Source: Amoebidium appalachense (taxonomy: Eukaryota > Protista > Ichthyosporea). From it: a stretch of 64,000 nucleotides of DNA. The notes below the pieces were generated by a model. The model was not told the origin of the DNA and searched no databases. It saw only the letters and a list, made by a program, of their open reading frames with translations. Shown piece after piece: positions 1 through 31,682 of the stretch. Location of the stretch: NCBI GenBank assembly GCA_963693365.1, contig CAVNZM010000005.1, positions 8,660,334-8,724,333 of the forward strand. The letters run 5' to 3'. The first letter of the stretch is position 1. Each line of letters opens with the position of its first letter. Position numbers and translations under genes: made by a program.

Positions 1-386
1 GGCGGGTGGGTGGGTGGTGGTGGTGGTGGTGGGCCGGGGGGGGGGGGGGGGGGGGGGAGGGGGGGGGGGAGGAAGGGGGGGGGCAGGTTATTGCTATTAA
101 CTACTTTTGGGGGGTGGGGGGTGTTGGAGGGGGGAGAGGGGGGTAAAATGAATCACATAGCAGGAATTTCAAAACCAGATACCGGTGCAGAAACCAAAAG
201 GAAACCAAAGTATAACCAAAAGACAAAGCAGAAAATGGCGCAACGCTAGCCATAATCATGCAATGAGTATGCAAGATAAGTTGAGCCCATTCCCCCGCCC
301 CGGGGGGAGGGGGAGGGGAAGGGGGGGGAGGGCAGGAGAGGAGGGGGGGGGCAGGGGGGGGGGGGGGGGGGGGACGGGGGTCGTAC

Positions 387-17668
<17,282 letters not shown>

Positions 17669-19579
17669 TTCTTGAACTAAAAGAGCATAACACACGAGGT
17701 TTCAACTTCACTATTTACGCGTGTGTTTTCCTGTTCACCTGTGGCAGGTAAAAATGTAGGAGAAGGGGTATATGGGTGGTTATGTGTGTGCATAGATCAT
17801 GTTGCGAAGTCTAGATCTATCTCCATTTCCCGAGTGAGGTGCAACTATTTTCCGAAAACATAAACCAACAGTTTGGGTTGGCTAGGGTTGACCCTTCTAC
17901 CTAAATAGAGTGGCTCGGTATATATACGTAAACAGCTACCAAACACCAGATTTACAATACAACAACTATAGGCTAAACAATGAATGCACTCACACAGAAG
18001 ACTTGTCAAAAGTTCCGACGGGTTCAGTTTACCTCAAGTGTACCAAGGCCGCTTGCGTCGGATCAACACCGTCTGACCGTAGCCCTGGAGAGTAAACCAG
18101 GGGGTATCGGGTGATTTTTTCTAGTGGATACACCAATTTGCAGATAGGTAAATGTATATAATTATGATATATGTGTTGATAACTCGCGTGAATGACTCGA
18201 GAAAAACCAATTGACCTAGAGCCTCTAGGTAACTCCTGTGTTTCAATAACAGAGGTGGATAATATTTCAACTAGATGTTCCTGCATTACTGTAAAACAGA
18301 ATAAAAGTTCATAAATCTTGATGACCACAATAAATCAATAATCAACCACTCTACTGAATATCTTTTTTTTTTTATAATGACTTTATTGATAAGCTCATCA
18401 AGAAAAGCATGCGAGATATCACAGATATCTCAGAGAAGAGAATACAAAAATGCTTTACTCACGGATACGGGGGAGATAACGACTAAGATAATCATATACC
18501 CGAGAAATATCTATTGTACCTTTGCCCGCTGGTGTCCTTTGGTCACTTGTTGTTTTATTTTTTATTTCATCGCTGTGGCTCTTTCGAAGTCGGTTATTTT
18601 GGTGGTCATGTAGCCTGTGGCTGCACGTTGCCTTCACATCCACTGGACCACTGATCAATAAATCCCAGTCAAGAGAAAAAAAATATCTATCAAGTTATCT
18701 GTTTGTCAGCGATCTTTGGAGTCTAGGGATATCCAGGTTGTTAGCGTGAACCAATCAACGCGCAGTATCGTCATGAACCACTTCCATATTCGGACAACAA
18801 AACCCTAGACATTTCACACATTGAAATGTCACTGAGATTTAAAACACGCAGAGAAACATGAATATACACTGTTGTATATAGAGGCAATTGCATGAAAGCG
18901 TAATGAAAGTCCTGTAAATAGCCACACAAAGGCCCGATCGCAACTCCAACATGCATAAGGTCTCAGGGCATAAAACATAATGCATTTTTGTGCACCCAAT
19001 AGAAACGCCTCGTGAAGGTAACCAATCAAATTACTTTATGCAAAGTATATAAAACGCATCGGTAGGTCGCAGACTGCACCAGTCGTGACATGCAAGCGAG
19101 ATGCAAGGACTGCAGTAACAGGGTTAAATGTCGTACGTATGTGTGTGTATGCTGTACTTATGTGTGTCTCTGAACAAAAACTGCACCGGGAAAAAAAGCT
19201 CATTTTTTTCGCATGTGTAATTGAGATAATTTGAGACTCTTGCAATTGATATCTGCATGTGCGCACATGTACATGTGGATAAATGTGCAATATATGCGTG
19301 GCCATTATGATGGCGCATCTGTCACCTGCCATTTCGATAACAAAGAAGAGGCTCACGTCTCTCAGGCTCTCCGAGCGAGGCTCTCTCTCTCTCTCGCTCG
19401 CTCTTTCTCGCTCTCTCTCTCTCTCTCTCTCTCTCAAGATCTCTCTCCTTCCCCCCCCCCCCCCCCCCCTCCCTCTAGAGATCTCCCTCCCTCTTTCTCT
19501 CCCTCTCCCTCCGGGCCCCCAGCTCTCTCCATCTACCTCTTTCTCTCAGACTCTCTCTCTCTACCTCTTCCTATCTCTG

Positions 19580-19683
<104 letters not shown>

Positions 19684-21104
19684 CCCTCCCACCCACCCTC
19701 CCGAACCCTCCCTCCCTCCTTGTGCTCCTCCCTCCCTCCTTCCCTCCTCCTCCACCTCCCCCCCGGCCGTGCTCACCTCGCAGGGGCCGTAATTATCAAA
19801 CCGTCCGTTTGTTCATTCCTTTCCGCACTCCCACCAAACACACAAAGCACCTTTGTACGGCAGCTAGCGTCAGAGGGGAAAAGGCAGGGGGGGAAGGGGG
19901 AGGGGGGTAGAAGGGGAGGGAAGGGGGGGAGGGGGCGGGAGGGGGGGGAGGAGGGAGGAGGGGAGGGGCATGGGGCTCCCAACAGCCCTGAGGAGAAGGC
20001 CTCGTTACTTTTGGCAGTGCTTTTTAACCACAGACACAGTAAAATGTGAAATAGCCTAATAAGGACGAAATTGCTTGAAATCTTTCAATTTGGTCAGTGT
20101 TCTTACATTTTGCAAATTATATAAGATGAACGTTCACATTTTCCTTTTCTCACCGTTAATCAATGCATATGACACATACACTAGAATGCTACGGCCTTGA
20201 CACAACTATCTTTTCCGGGAGGCTTTTGTTTGCCACATCTGTCCTTCTCCCGTACAGTATTTAAGTGCCCTTTTTTGTCACTTTTGTCAAAGATGCCGTA
20301 AAGGAGTCAGACATGACACCGTGACTTTATGTACTCTAACTACAAAGTAATGCACATGTAACTTCTCGTGATTAAAAAAAAATAAAAAATCAAAAAATTC
20401 AGACTGGCAGCCGTTGATCAAAACACACAATTGCAAGTTACTGACCTTGCTCCGAATCAGTCTATCACATAGTATATGTGTGGTCTAAGAATATTTTTTT
20501 TTACAGTTGTACAATAGTACCGTCCTTGATCGATAGAAGAAACAGGTGACGTCACTTCTTTCACGCCAATTCAGACAAAAGTGTGATCGTGAGCCTTCTG
20601 TTACACTACTGTCCACTGCTAATGTCACACTAAGCCCCAAAGTTTGATCGGCCCGATAGATATGTCATGGCACGGTGTCAACTGTATTTTCGTGGAGATT
20701 TTTGTTGGGGTGTTCAGGTCACTGGGCAGTGAGTTGGGGCTACCCCAGGGCCACAACTATAAATAACATGCAACTCCCGGATTCTTTTAGCAGTCGTGTG
20801 ATGCTGCAAAGATTGAACCATTTCTTGTGTGCTTGAAGCTCAAACTCAAAAGACAACTTGCTTCTTCTCTGACGGCTGAAAACCAAACTGTGTGCTCAAA
20901 CCCGATTGCAGACAAAGGTGTTTGTTTAACGAGCACAACCGGTGTACACCCTGCTAAATAAGGCACGCGCAAGCATCACCAAACATATGGGCACATGTTG
21001 TGTGACGGAGAGTCTCTGTGAGTTGAAATCATAGGCTAAGAGTTACAGTGAAACACTTTGGGCTTTAACATCTTCCTAATATCATTTAGGGCACACCCGT
21101 CACC

Positions 21105-23392
21105 ATGTCTCAATCCATACTCCTAACCACTCTTGCTGCGTGCCGCGCGTCACTCTCCGTAACCCACATTCCACGCATTCCACGCCTTCCACGCATTCCC
21201 CTAAACCCACGCACATTCCTACCCACCTCCACGTCTCTCCGTGTCCCCGCCACCATTTCTTCACCAATCCGTTCGTCACTTCCGGCTCACTCCCCGGTTT
21301 TTGTTGCTACTACTCGAACCCAGCCCCGCAGACTCTACTCTACCGCCGCCGCTGCCACCACCAACCACAACAATGACGTCACATTTGGGAGCAGCATTCC
21401 CTTACCGCCCTCTCGCCCTGAACCCTCCGAACCCATGAAAAACCCCGCTGGTACCAACGAAAAAAAACCCCGCACTTTGGAGGTGCTTTCTTCCGCCGAG
21501 GCGCCATTGGAGCCCGGTATCTCTGCCGCCGACGCCGAAAACCAGATCAAGGAAACCGAAGTTCCCGATTCGAAAAAAACAGCAGGAGGGTAACACCTTA
21601 ACCGGCCAGTCAACAACAGAGCACGTCGAGCCCCCCCTTAACCACCAATCCTCTGATCAGGAGAACAACACAGACTTCGAGGAGGGCGAATGGGAGGAAA
21701 TAAGTGACTCGCCCGCCGATGACGGAAACGAAAATGACGAAAAAGACGGGGGAGAAACAAATGATTCAGCCGAAACCACGCCTGCCCCCAAGAAAAAAAC
21801 CGGTGCAACGAAGATGAGCCTATCAGCACAAGTGGCAGCCGCGACCGCCGAAAACCACACCGCGTTCATCCGTTTTGCGTCTTACAGGCGTCGGCACCTT
21901 CTCGAAGAAATGGTTGGAGAGTTGGGAGGGAGTGAGAGTGCTCATGAGAAGCCGAGCCCAAGGGAGGTGGATGAACGGCTGATGGAAGAATGGAGCAAAA
22001 TGGGTCCTGAAGAAGGAAAGGTAGGTGCAATTTTCATGGCAAAACCCCCGTTTTTAACCCCAACCCCCCATCCTCGACACCGTGCAAAGAAGCCCCCCCC
22101 CCCCCCCCCCCCCCCCCCCTTTTTCCACGTCTAATCCCCCTCCCCCCTCCTCCCCTCCCCCTGCCCACTCTTTCCTCTGTGCCTTAGAACCCTTCTTCTC
22201 TTTCTTTTCTCTCTCCTCTCCCCTCTCTCACACACTAGCTCTCTTGCTCCCCCCTCTGGCCACTCCCACCCCCAGGTCTCCCTCCCTTCGTTTTCCTCCC
22301 TTTTCCTTCCTCCCCTTCCCTTATGCCCCTTTCATGTCAGCAAAAAGAAACTAAACCTCAAAAACCTCAAGATAACCAGATGTTGCAGTTCAAGTTTTTT
22401 TTCGTCCAAAAAATGGGGGGGGGAGCGGGGTTGGTGGACCGGGGTGGTTGAGGGGGTTGGTGTGTGTGTGTTTGGGGGGGGGGAGGGGGGAGGGGGGAGG
22501 GGGAGGGGGGAACTGTAAACCTTTACAGAAAAGGGAGGGGAGGGGGGGGAACTGTAAACCTTTACAGAAAAGTGCGACGGGTTATCTTTTTCTCCTGGGC
22601 ATCTTTCCGGGCTAATCACCGTACCAATTATCTCCCCCCTCCATCGCCCCCTCTTCACCCACCCCCTCCCCCCCCAAACCCGCCCCCCCAACCCCTCACT
22701 TCCTCCACCACGCCCGCCCCCCTCCTCCCCCCCCCCCCCCCACACACACACACACACACACCCACACCCCCCCCCCCCCCCCCCCCCCCCCCTTCACACA
22801 CACAAACACACACACGCCCACACACAATGACCTAAAGGCATACGAGCTAAAAGAAAAACCTACCCGCAAGCCCATCAAGACCAAGCACTTCAGCGAAATT
22901 TTAAATTCCACCAGCGCAAAAAACCCCACTCCGCATCCGGACGCCCCGCCAAAGCGCCCCCTCACGTCATTTTTCCGCTACGTTCAAGAGAGACGCCCAC
23001 ACATTGTCGAGATGCTTTCATATGCGGACGGAAATAAGCCGGGGGGTAAAAAACCCCCCTCCCCACAGGTTGTGAAAATGGCTGCAGACGAATGGTGGGC
23101 CCTGTCTGAGGAAGAAAGACAGGTATAACCCCCCCCCCCCCCCCCCCTCCCCGCCCGCCCACCGTTCTCTCTCGTTCCTTCTCTTTTCTTTTAACATTCT
23201 GTCTCTTTCTCTTTCTCACTGATTTTCTCCCTCCTTCTTCCTCACCCTCCTTCTTTACCATCACCATCACCACCACCACCAACCCCCCCCCCCCCCCCCC
23301 CCCCCCCTCCCCCAAAGTTTTGACATTTCAACTCACTGGGACTCGCTCTCCTGACCCACCACAAGAACGAAAATTTTCTCTCCTGGAACTCG

Positions 23393-23423
<31 letters not shown>

Positions 23424-23533
23424 TTCCTCCCCTTCCTAAAAAAAAAATGAAAAAAACACCACCACACACACACACAAACTTGCCCTTCCATTCACTACCT
23501 TTTATTCGAGCTTTTTCACCTCAGGGAATGCCC

Positions 23534-23564
<31 letters not shown>

Positions 23565-23622
23565 GGCAAATGAACCTTCTTCGATTTCTTGCTCCCCCTT
23601 CCGTCCTTCCCACCCCCCCCCC

Positions 23623-23653
<31 letters not shown>

Positions 23654-24166
23654 CTCCCGGTGACCTAACCCCCCCCCCACTCACCCTTACCCTGTCGGGG
23701 TTTGCAAGGCCCGGCAGCTAATGTTCACAGCTGCAACCCATTCCAACTTAAACCTTTCATGTTCTATTTTGGGCAGACCTCCCATCCCCCACTTCCCCTC
23801 CCCACCACCACCCCTCCACATCCCCTCCTCCCCCCCCCCCCCGGACCCACCCATCTCCCCGTTGTTTCAAGTCCCTCTTTTTCCGAAAGTTTATTCCTTA
23901 ACCCACCCACAAGGCCTCACTCCGGCCACCTTTCCAACCACCCGACCACGTCCCAATATCGATCCCCCCCTAACTGTCAACAGCCCACTGTACACATTCT
24001 AACGTATGCCCCTCCTCTCCAATCCCCCATCCCCTACCTGCCCCTTCGGAAGCGTTAAATTTTACACACCCCCCCCCCCCCCCCCCCCCTCCGTGCAACC
24101 TCCGCCCCCCCTTCCCCCACCCCCCTCCCTCCTCCTCCTCCCCCCTCCTTCTGCCCCCCTCCCCCA

Positions 24167-24240
<74 letters not shown>

Positions 24241-24328
24241 GCAGGTGTACACGGATGCCTTCCATGAGGACATGAAGGTCTACCGTGAGCACATGCAAGA
24301 GTACGAGTCTAGTCACAAGAACAACTGA
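21105..24328 (+). CDS. Mitochondrially targeted two-HMG-box protein (TFAM/Abf2-like), with an apparent +1 frameshift in an A7 run
   Basis: Exons 21105-22020 (frame break at A7 21573-21579), 22838-23122, 24245-24328. Arg/Ser/Thr-rich acid-free N-terminus ending RRLYST; degenerate box TAFIRFASYRRRHL...EEWSKMGPEEGK; canonical box PPKRPLTSFFRYVQERR...ADEWWALSEEERQVYTDAFHEDMKVYREHMQEY. Confidence 0.8.
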
Positions 24329-24517
24329 TAACAAGAAGGCAGCAAAAGAGTATGTCCTATGCATGTGGGGTGAAGGTCATATCCCAATACCTCATATCTC
24401 AAGATATCTCTATGTGCATTATTAGAATTAGGTATTAGAACGCCTTGTACTCAGTGATATTGGATATCTTCTGGATTTGCACGGGGCTTTTGATATTTTT
24501 ACTTTTTCTTTTTCTTT

Positions 24518-24555
<38 letters not shown>

Positions 24556-24934
24556 TTTTTGGTGGGAGGAGGGTTGGGGGGGAGGGGAGGGGGTGTGTGG
24601 AGGAAAAGGAGGGAGAGAGGAGAGGAGGGGGGGAGGGGCGGAGCGGAGGGAGAGGGGGAAGGGGAAGGGAGGAAGGAATGGAGGAAGGGATGGATTTTTC
24701 TTTTTTTCTTTTTTTTTTTTGACATACCCCACACTTAAATACCCGCCCGATACTCCAATCATTGTTCCCTGCCTTGTCTATCCCTCTGCTATCCCAACAA
24801 CCCTCCCCCCCCCCCCCCTCCCCCCTCTACCACACACACACACCCCTTTTTTCTTTTTTCCTCCTCAAACCCTAACCTTGGAGTCCCTTTTCCTAAGGTA
24901 CCCTTCATCCTGTAGCCACAATCTTACACTTACA

Positions 24935-24965
<31 letters not shown>

Positions 24966-26707
24966 CTCCCCTCTCCCTCCCCCCCCCCCCCCCCGGGGCC
25001 CGTCCCGCCAAAAGCTCCACCACCGTACAAACCTGCACGTCCGCGCACACGCACGCACGTGCACACACACACACACACACACACACACACCGTGATCACA
25101 CCAGGCCTACAAACTCCGGGGCACAAATTACGGACTCCTACATATGTCAGCCATTTGTGTGACAGTGCAGAAGCCGCCTATCCTACTTCATGAACACAGC
25201 CAGAGACGGGACTGGTACAGAGATATACTTTTAGTTTCCAAATATCATCTGAGAAAAGGACCGAGAAAAAAAGACAGTGAGGGGACAAAAATGGAATACA
25301 TTTTTTGTTAGCATGGTTGTCTTCTTTGAAAAAAAAAAGTCGATTCTTCTTTCTTTCTTTTTTTTTTTTTTTTTTTTTTTGTTAGGCACCGTTGGCGAAC
25401 CTCTAAGATTAATAGTATATCCTTTTTTGAAAATGGTAGCCTGCAGACATATTGCTTGATTCCTGTGACACAACCGTGCCCCTCAGTAAGAAGCGATGTG
25501 TTTAGAAAAGAAGGGGGGGGGGGGGGTGTGCCTGAGTAAGAAGCAATGTGTTTAGAAAGAGGTGGGGAGGGGGGAAGAGAGGGAGGGATAGTATAGTATA
25601 GTAAAGTTGTACTTTATTAGTTAGGTAAGAGGCTATGTGTTTAGAAAGAGGGGGGAAAGGTACCCGGGGGGGTGGGGGGGAGAAGGGGGGGGGGGGATGC
25701 AGTGCTTCATTAGCTAGGTATAGTAGCCGCGTTACAGTTACACCTTTTTTTTTGGAATATACTGTAGTATTCCGTATTCCGGTATTACCTGAGTATTACA
25801 TGGATATATACTGCTGTTACAACTGCTCCTCAACGTGAACAGGAATCCGGCACATAGCCTCGGGTGTAATTCAAATATGTCGACCCGAGTCACTAGGTTG
25901 ACGCTTTCGGGTTGATTTTCTTTCCTTTTTTTCTTTTTTGGGGGCATTAAAGTTTGCACATGTTCTAGTTCAAAAATGAAACAGTGTGCGAGACAAAATG
26001 CGGAAGTGTATACATACACACACATGCAATCTCAAACAGCAAATTTTGTGCCTCAATGGTGTGCTGTAACAGATTATGGTCAAAGGTTTGTGCAAGCTGT
26101 TCATATATGCTCTGTGGTGTAATAAAGGATTATGATTTAGACACGAACATCATATGACGAATCATTTAATGATTTCAGTTACTCGGAGTTGCATGTCACG
26201 ATCATGATGTACATATGTTTTTGAGTAATCCATAAGTTATCTTTTCGGTGTCCCGAGCGGGGGGAAGAGGGGGGGGGGGGGGGGGGGGGTGGGGGAGAGA
26301 CTCTTGGAGAGAGAGAGAGAAGAGAGAGATCATCATCAGGTGGCAGCTCCCTGCCTGTGACTTCGAAGTACATAGATATTGTTGCAATTGTGTCACACTT
26401 TCTGAATTTTCTGAGCTACTCATTTTCGTCTTCGTCTTTCTCTCTCTTCTTTTTTCAAAGGAAGAATGGGGGAGGAGGGGGTGACTGAGGGGGGGGAAGG
26501 GGAGGGGGGAGAGGGGGGAGTGGAGGGGGCCGGGGGAGAGGGTCCGGTGGGGGAGAGGGTCCGGAGGGGGGAGGGGGGGAAAGGTGGGGAAAGAGAGCAA
26601 ATGGGGTCTCAGGTTACTGGTTTGGATGTAGGGCAAGGGGGGAGGGGGAGCGGGGGGGTAGAGAGAGAGAAAGAGGAGGGGAGGGGGGAGAGGGGGGGGG
26701 GGGGGGG

Positions 26708-26756
<49 letters not shown>

Positions 26757-27139
26757 CAAGAACACACACAAACATGATTGCCCCGCACACAGACACCTTC
26801 AAACACGTGCATTTAGTATGCAAGTTCATGACTGCGGGCGTCCACACATAGACCCCAAACACCTGCCCGTCACCTCAAACGGACCACTGGGCCACAAACA
26901 GTGCAATACTGCGTGAGTGTGTCTCGCATCTACGTGTGGGGATGGATTTGCTTATATGTATGGGTTTTTTTGAGAAGTTACTTGAAAACTTTGATACCCT
27001 CTTCGAGGTCATAGGACATGGTTTATGAGGTGTTGTTGTTTGTCTGGGTTTGTGACGAGTGTTTCTTACGTAAGGTGAAGTTTGGGCCAAACCACCATGG
27101 GAACCAAGTACAGTGGTGTGTGGTGGGTACCTGTTCGTG

Positions 27140-27213
<74 letters not shown>

Positions 27214-27269
27214 CTTTTCTTTTTTTATATAATTTTTTCTAATTTTTCACGGCATGAGTCATGAGTGTG

Positions 27270-27334
<65 letters not shown>

Positions 27335-27482
27335 CGCGCGTGCGCGTGTGTTTGTGTGCCTCTGTGTGTGCGTGTGTGCGTGCGTGTGTTGTGTGTGTGT
27401 GTGTGTGCGCGCGCGCGCACGCACGCGTGTGTGTGTGTGCAACACTGTCTCTGTGTGTGTGTGACTGTGGGTGGGTGTGTGA

Positions 27483-27600
<118 letters not shown>

Positions 27601-28148
27601 GTGCCCGCGTGTGTGTGTGTTTGCATGCAACACTGTCGCTTTCTGTGTGTGAGTGTGGGTGGGTGTGTGAGTTTGTGTGTGTGTGTGTGTGTGTGCAGTG
27701 TGTGTGTGCGTGTGTGTATGTGTGTGTGCACGCGTGCGTGCGTGCGTGCATGCGTGCGTGCGGGCGTGCGGGCGGGCGGGCGGGGCGGGCGGGCGGGCGT
27801 GTGTATGTATGCAAAAAACACGTGCGTGCGTATGCTGGAAGGTGTGCGGTGTGCGCATTTGCAATCGCGCAGGAGAAATCGAAAACAACCAGGGGTGTAG
27901 ACAGGTCAAAAGCCCGGTGATTCAGGGGCTAATAAACATCCTGTCTATGCAATACTTTCTTTTTGTTTGTTCTGTACATCTTTCACCTCACAGAGGCTAC
28001 CGTCTAAAATATGATTGCCCCCCCCCCCCCCCCCCCCCCCCTCCCCCCCACAAAAAAACACACACACACACACACACACAAGAGGGCATGCGCGCACGTG
28101 CACACACACACATACACACACACACACAGACACACACACACACACACG

Positions 28149-28211
<63 letters not shown>

Positions 28212-28731
28212 CGGCAACTCCTACTATCACAACCACCACCAACAGGCCACTAGCCACACCAACTTGCCGTCAATCCCTCTCCCTCCCTCCCCCCCCCCCC
28301 CCCCCCCCCTTTTCCCCCTCTCTCCCTACAAGCCTCCCGCTTTGACTAAATGAGGACGGCCCAATGTGACCAGGTGCCATAATAGCATTCGACAAACAGA
28401 GTCCAAATCGTTAGCAATCTGTCGTGGGAGAACCGACTGAGTTGTATCATTGCACAGTACTAGGAAATGTGCACTAGATTCGACCTATAGTTTTTTCCGC
28501 ACCCTAAAACGCGTATGTATTCTTTTAAGCTTCTTTATTGTTTGCATGGCAACTCAGATCAGAGCCCCACGAACAATTGCAAAATTTGAAAATGAAACGA
28601 AACTTGTTATTTATTCAAACCACCCAGACACTGTGCCAGACAGTGTCCAGTCATTTCTTTACGTTTTCCACCTATAGAGTCGTGTACTGTCTGGTAAGCA
28701 AATACATAAACATAAATCACCTCATTCAAAT

Positions 28732-29840
<1,109 letters not shown>

Positions 29841-30456
29841 GCCAGAAGCTCGTGTTCAGATCCTTTGTCGACCAATCATAAATCGTTCTGGAACAATCTT
29901 CAAAGGAGGGATTTAGCAAACTGTGATTTAGAACGAATTGATAACAGGTGTTTCGAAGCGTGATGCCTGGCTTGAGTGGGAATTCCTGAAACATACATCA
30001 ACATGCTGGCACAAGCGCTATGCTGTATAAATCAAAAGAACAATTGTAGTTTCTTATAAAGGGAACAATGTCGAAAAAACCTTCAGTAATATGTTTTACC
30101 CTCTTCCTTTTGGTTTCCTACACACCTGTTTCCAGCCACGAATGTGTGCACCTGACACGCGTAACGTGAGCTTCAGCCTCGGGGAATGATAATTACCATC
30201 TTTGGATATTTTTCCTTTTCCAATTGGGAAAAAACAGGTACGAAATCGTGCACAATGCCGCTAAAACAAAACCGCACACAAGTCACCATATAGGTAGGCT
30301 ACCAGCAGACATTTGGTCAACTTTTTAATTTAAGTATTGAAAATGATATGCAATGCAGGTGGGATTTATTTATGTGTCCAGTCATTTAAAATGCTCACTA
30401 CAAATAACCATCCAAGTGGATAAATTTCTTTTACCAAACCAGGCTAAGTAACACAG

Positions 30457-30517
30457 CCAATCATTACCCCGTATTTAAAGCTCAGCCAATCAAAAGCTCA
30501 TGTGTGACTACCAATCA
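30457..30517 (+). promoter_or_regulatory. Three CCAATCA (NF-Y-type) boxes of the GAPDH/FBA intergenic promoter
   Basis: CCAATCA at 30457, 30486 and 30511; a fourth native box is at 36225 on the far side of the insertion. Confidence 0.55.
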
Positions 30518-30518
30518 G

Positions 30519-30821
30519 ATGCCGGAGGAAAGACTTCCCCTCACTCCCGTCGTGGCTCCCCGAGGTGACCGAGACAAAGAGAAGCAGAAATGCAAGTCAG
30601 TGAGGAATTTTATTATTGATTTTAGCCCTAATAAATAATATCAGTATCTGATCAGAAAACCCCCAAAACCCCCGGATAAACCCCCTAAACCCCAGAACAC
30701 TGTGTGTGTGTGCACACGTGTGTGTGTGTGTATGTGTGTGTGTTTGTGTGTGTATGATAGGCTATTGAAGGAACAGCACTTCCAGCACACAATGGCCGAA
30801 AGAACCCCTTCATCTATCCAA
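30519..30821 (-). repeat. Split direct repeat B2
   Basis: Matches 31298-31601. Confidence 0.95.
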
Positions 30822-30836
30822 GGGTGGGAGGGAGGG

Positions 30837-31300
30837 AAGAGAAAGCAAGAGCAAACCGTAAGGCACCAACTAATCAGACTGAGGTCTCAGCTTCTGCCCC
30901 TTTACACAAGGTGCCACCAAACCAAGAAAACACCCAAACAGCCTAATTATTACCTTATCACGTTGCTCCCTCCCCTTTTTTCTTTTCACCTACACACTAG
31001 CTCTAAAAACAAGAACTGAACGAACGACGCCCACAGCCAGCTCTACAAAGCTGGTGCGCGGCTCACTCACATTTTTAGAACAGTGGAAAAGCCACCAATC
31101 ATATCACCTATCTACTGATAACTACGGATCACTTCATAACTATACCTGATCTATATCCAATCACTAAAGATACATACGACTGAGCTTAACATTCTACCCG
31201 TTAGGGCCAATCAGCTTGCACCGCTATGTAGCCGTTACCGCCGACTGACCGAACACGTGTCATCTCTCACCGCTGCCTCCTCCCGCTCGAGAACAACATG
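30837..31300 (-). repeat. Split direct repeat A2
   Basis: Matches 35745-36208. Confidence 0.95.
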
Positions 31301-31601
31301 CCGGAGGCAAGACTTCCCCTCACTCCCGTCGTGGCTCCCCGAGGTGACCGAGACAAAGAGAAGCAGAAATGCAAGTCAGTGAGGAATTTTATTATTGATT
31401 TTAGCCCTAATAAATAATATCAGTATCTGATCAGAAAACCCCCAAAACCCCCGGATAAACCCCCCTCAACCCCAGAACACTGTGTGTGTGTGCACACGTG
31501 TGTGTGTGTGTATGTGTGTGTGTTTGTGTGTGTATGATAGGCTATTGAAGGAACAGCACTTCCAGCACACAATGGCCGAAAGAACCCCTTCATCTATCCA
31601 A
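31298..31601 (-). repeat. Split direct repeat B1
   Basis: Matches 30519-30821. Confidence 0.95.
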
Positions 31602-31682
31602 ACCTACCCTACTTGTTTTTATTTTGTGATTGTGTCTTTTAAATAATGTGTGTTGGGTGTGTGTAGTAGAAGCCTGTAGCTG

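Noticed and set aside
26180-27140. Complex islands between the HMG gene and GAPDH as possible exons
   Set aside because: No consistent reading frame or recognisable product.
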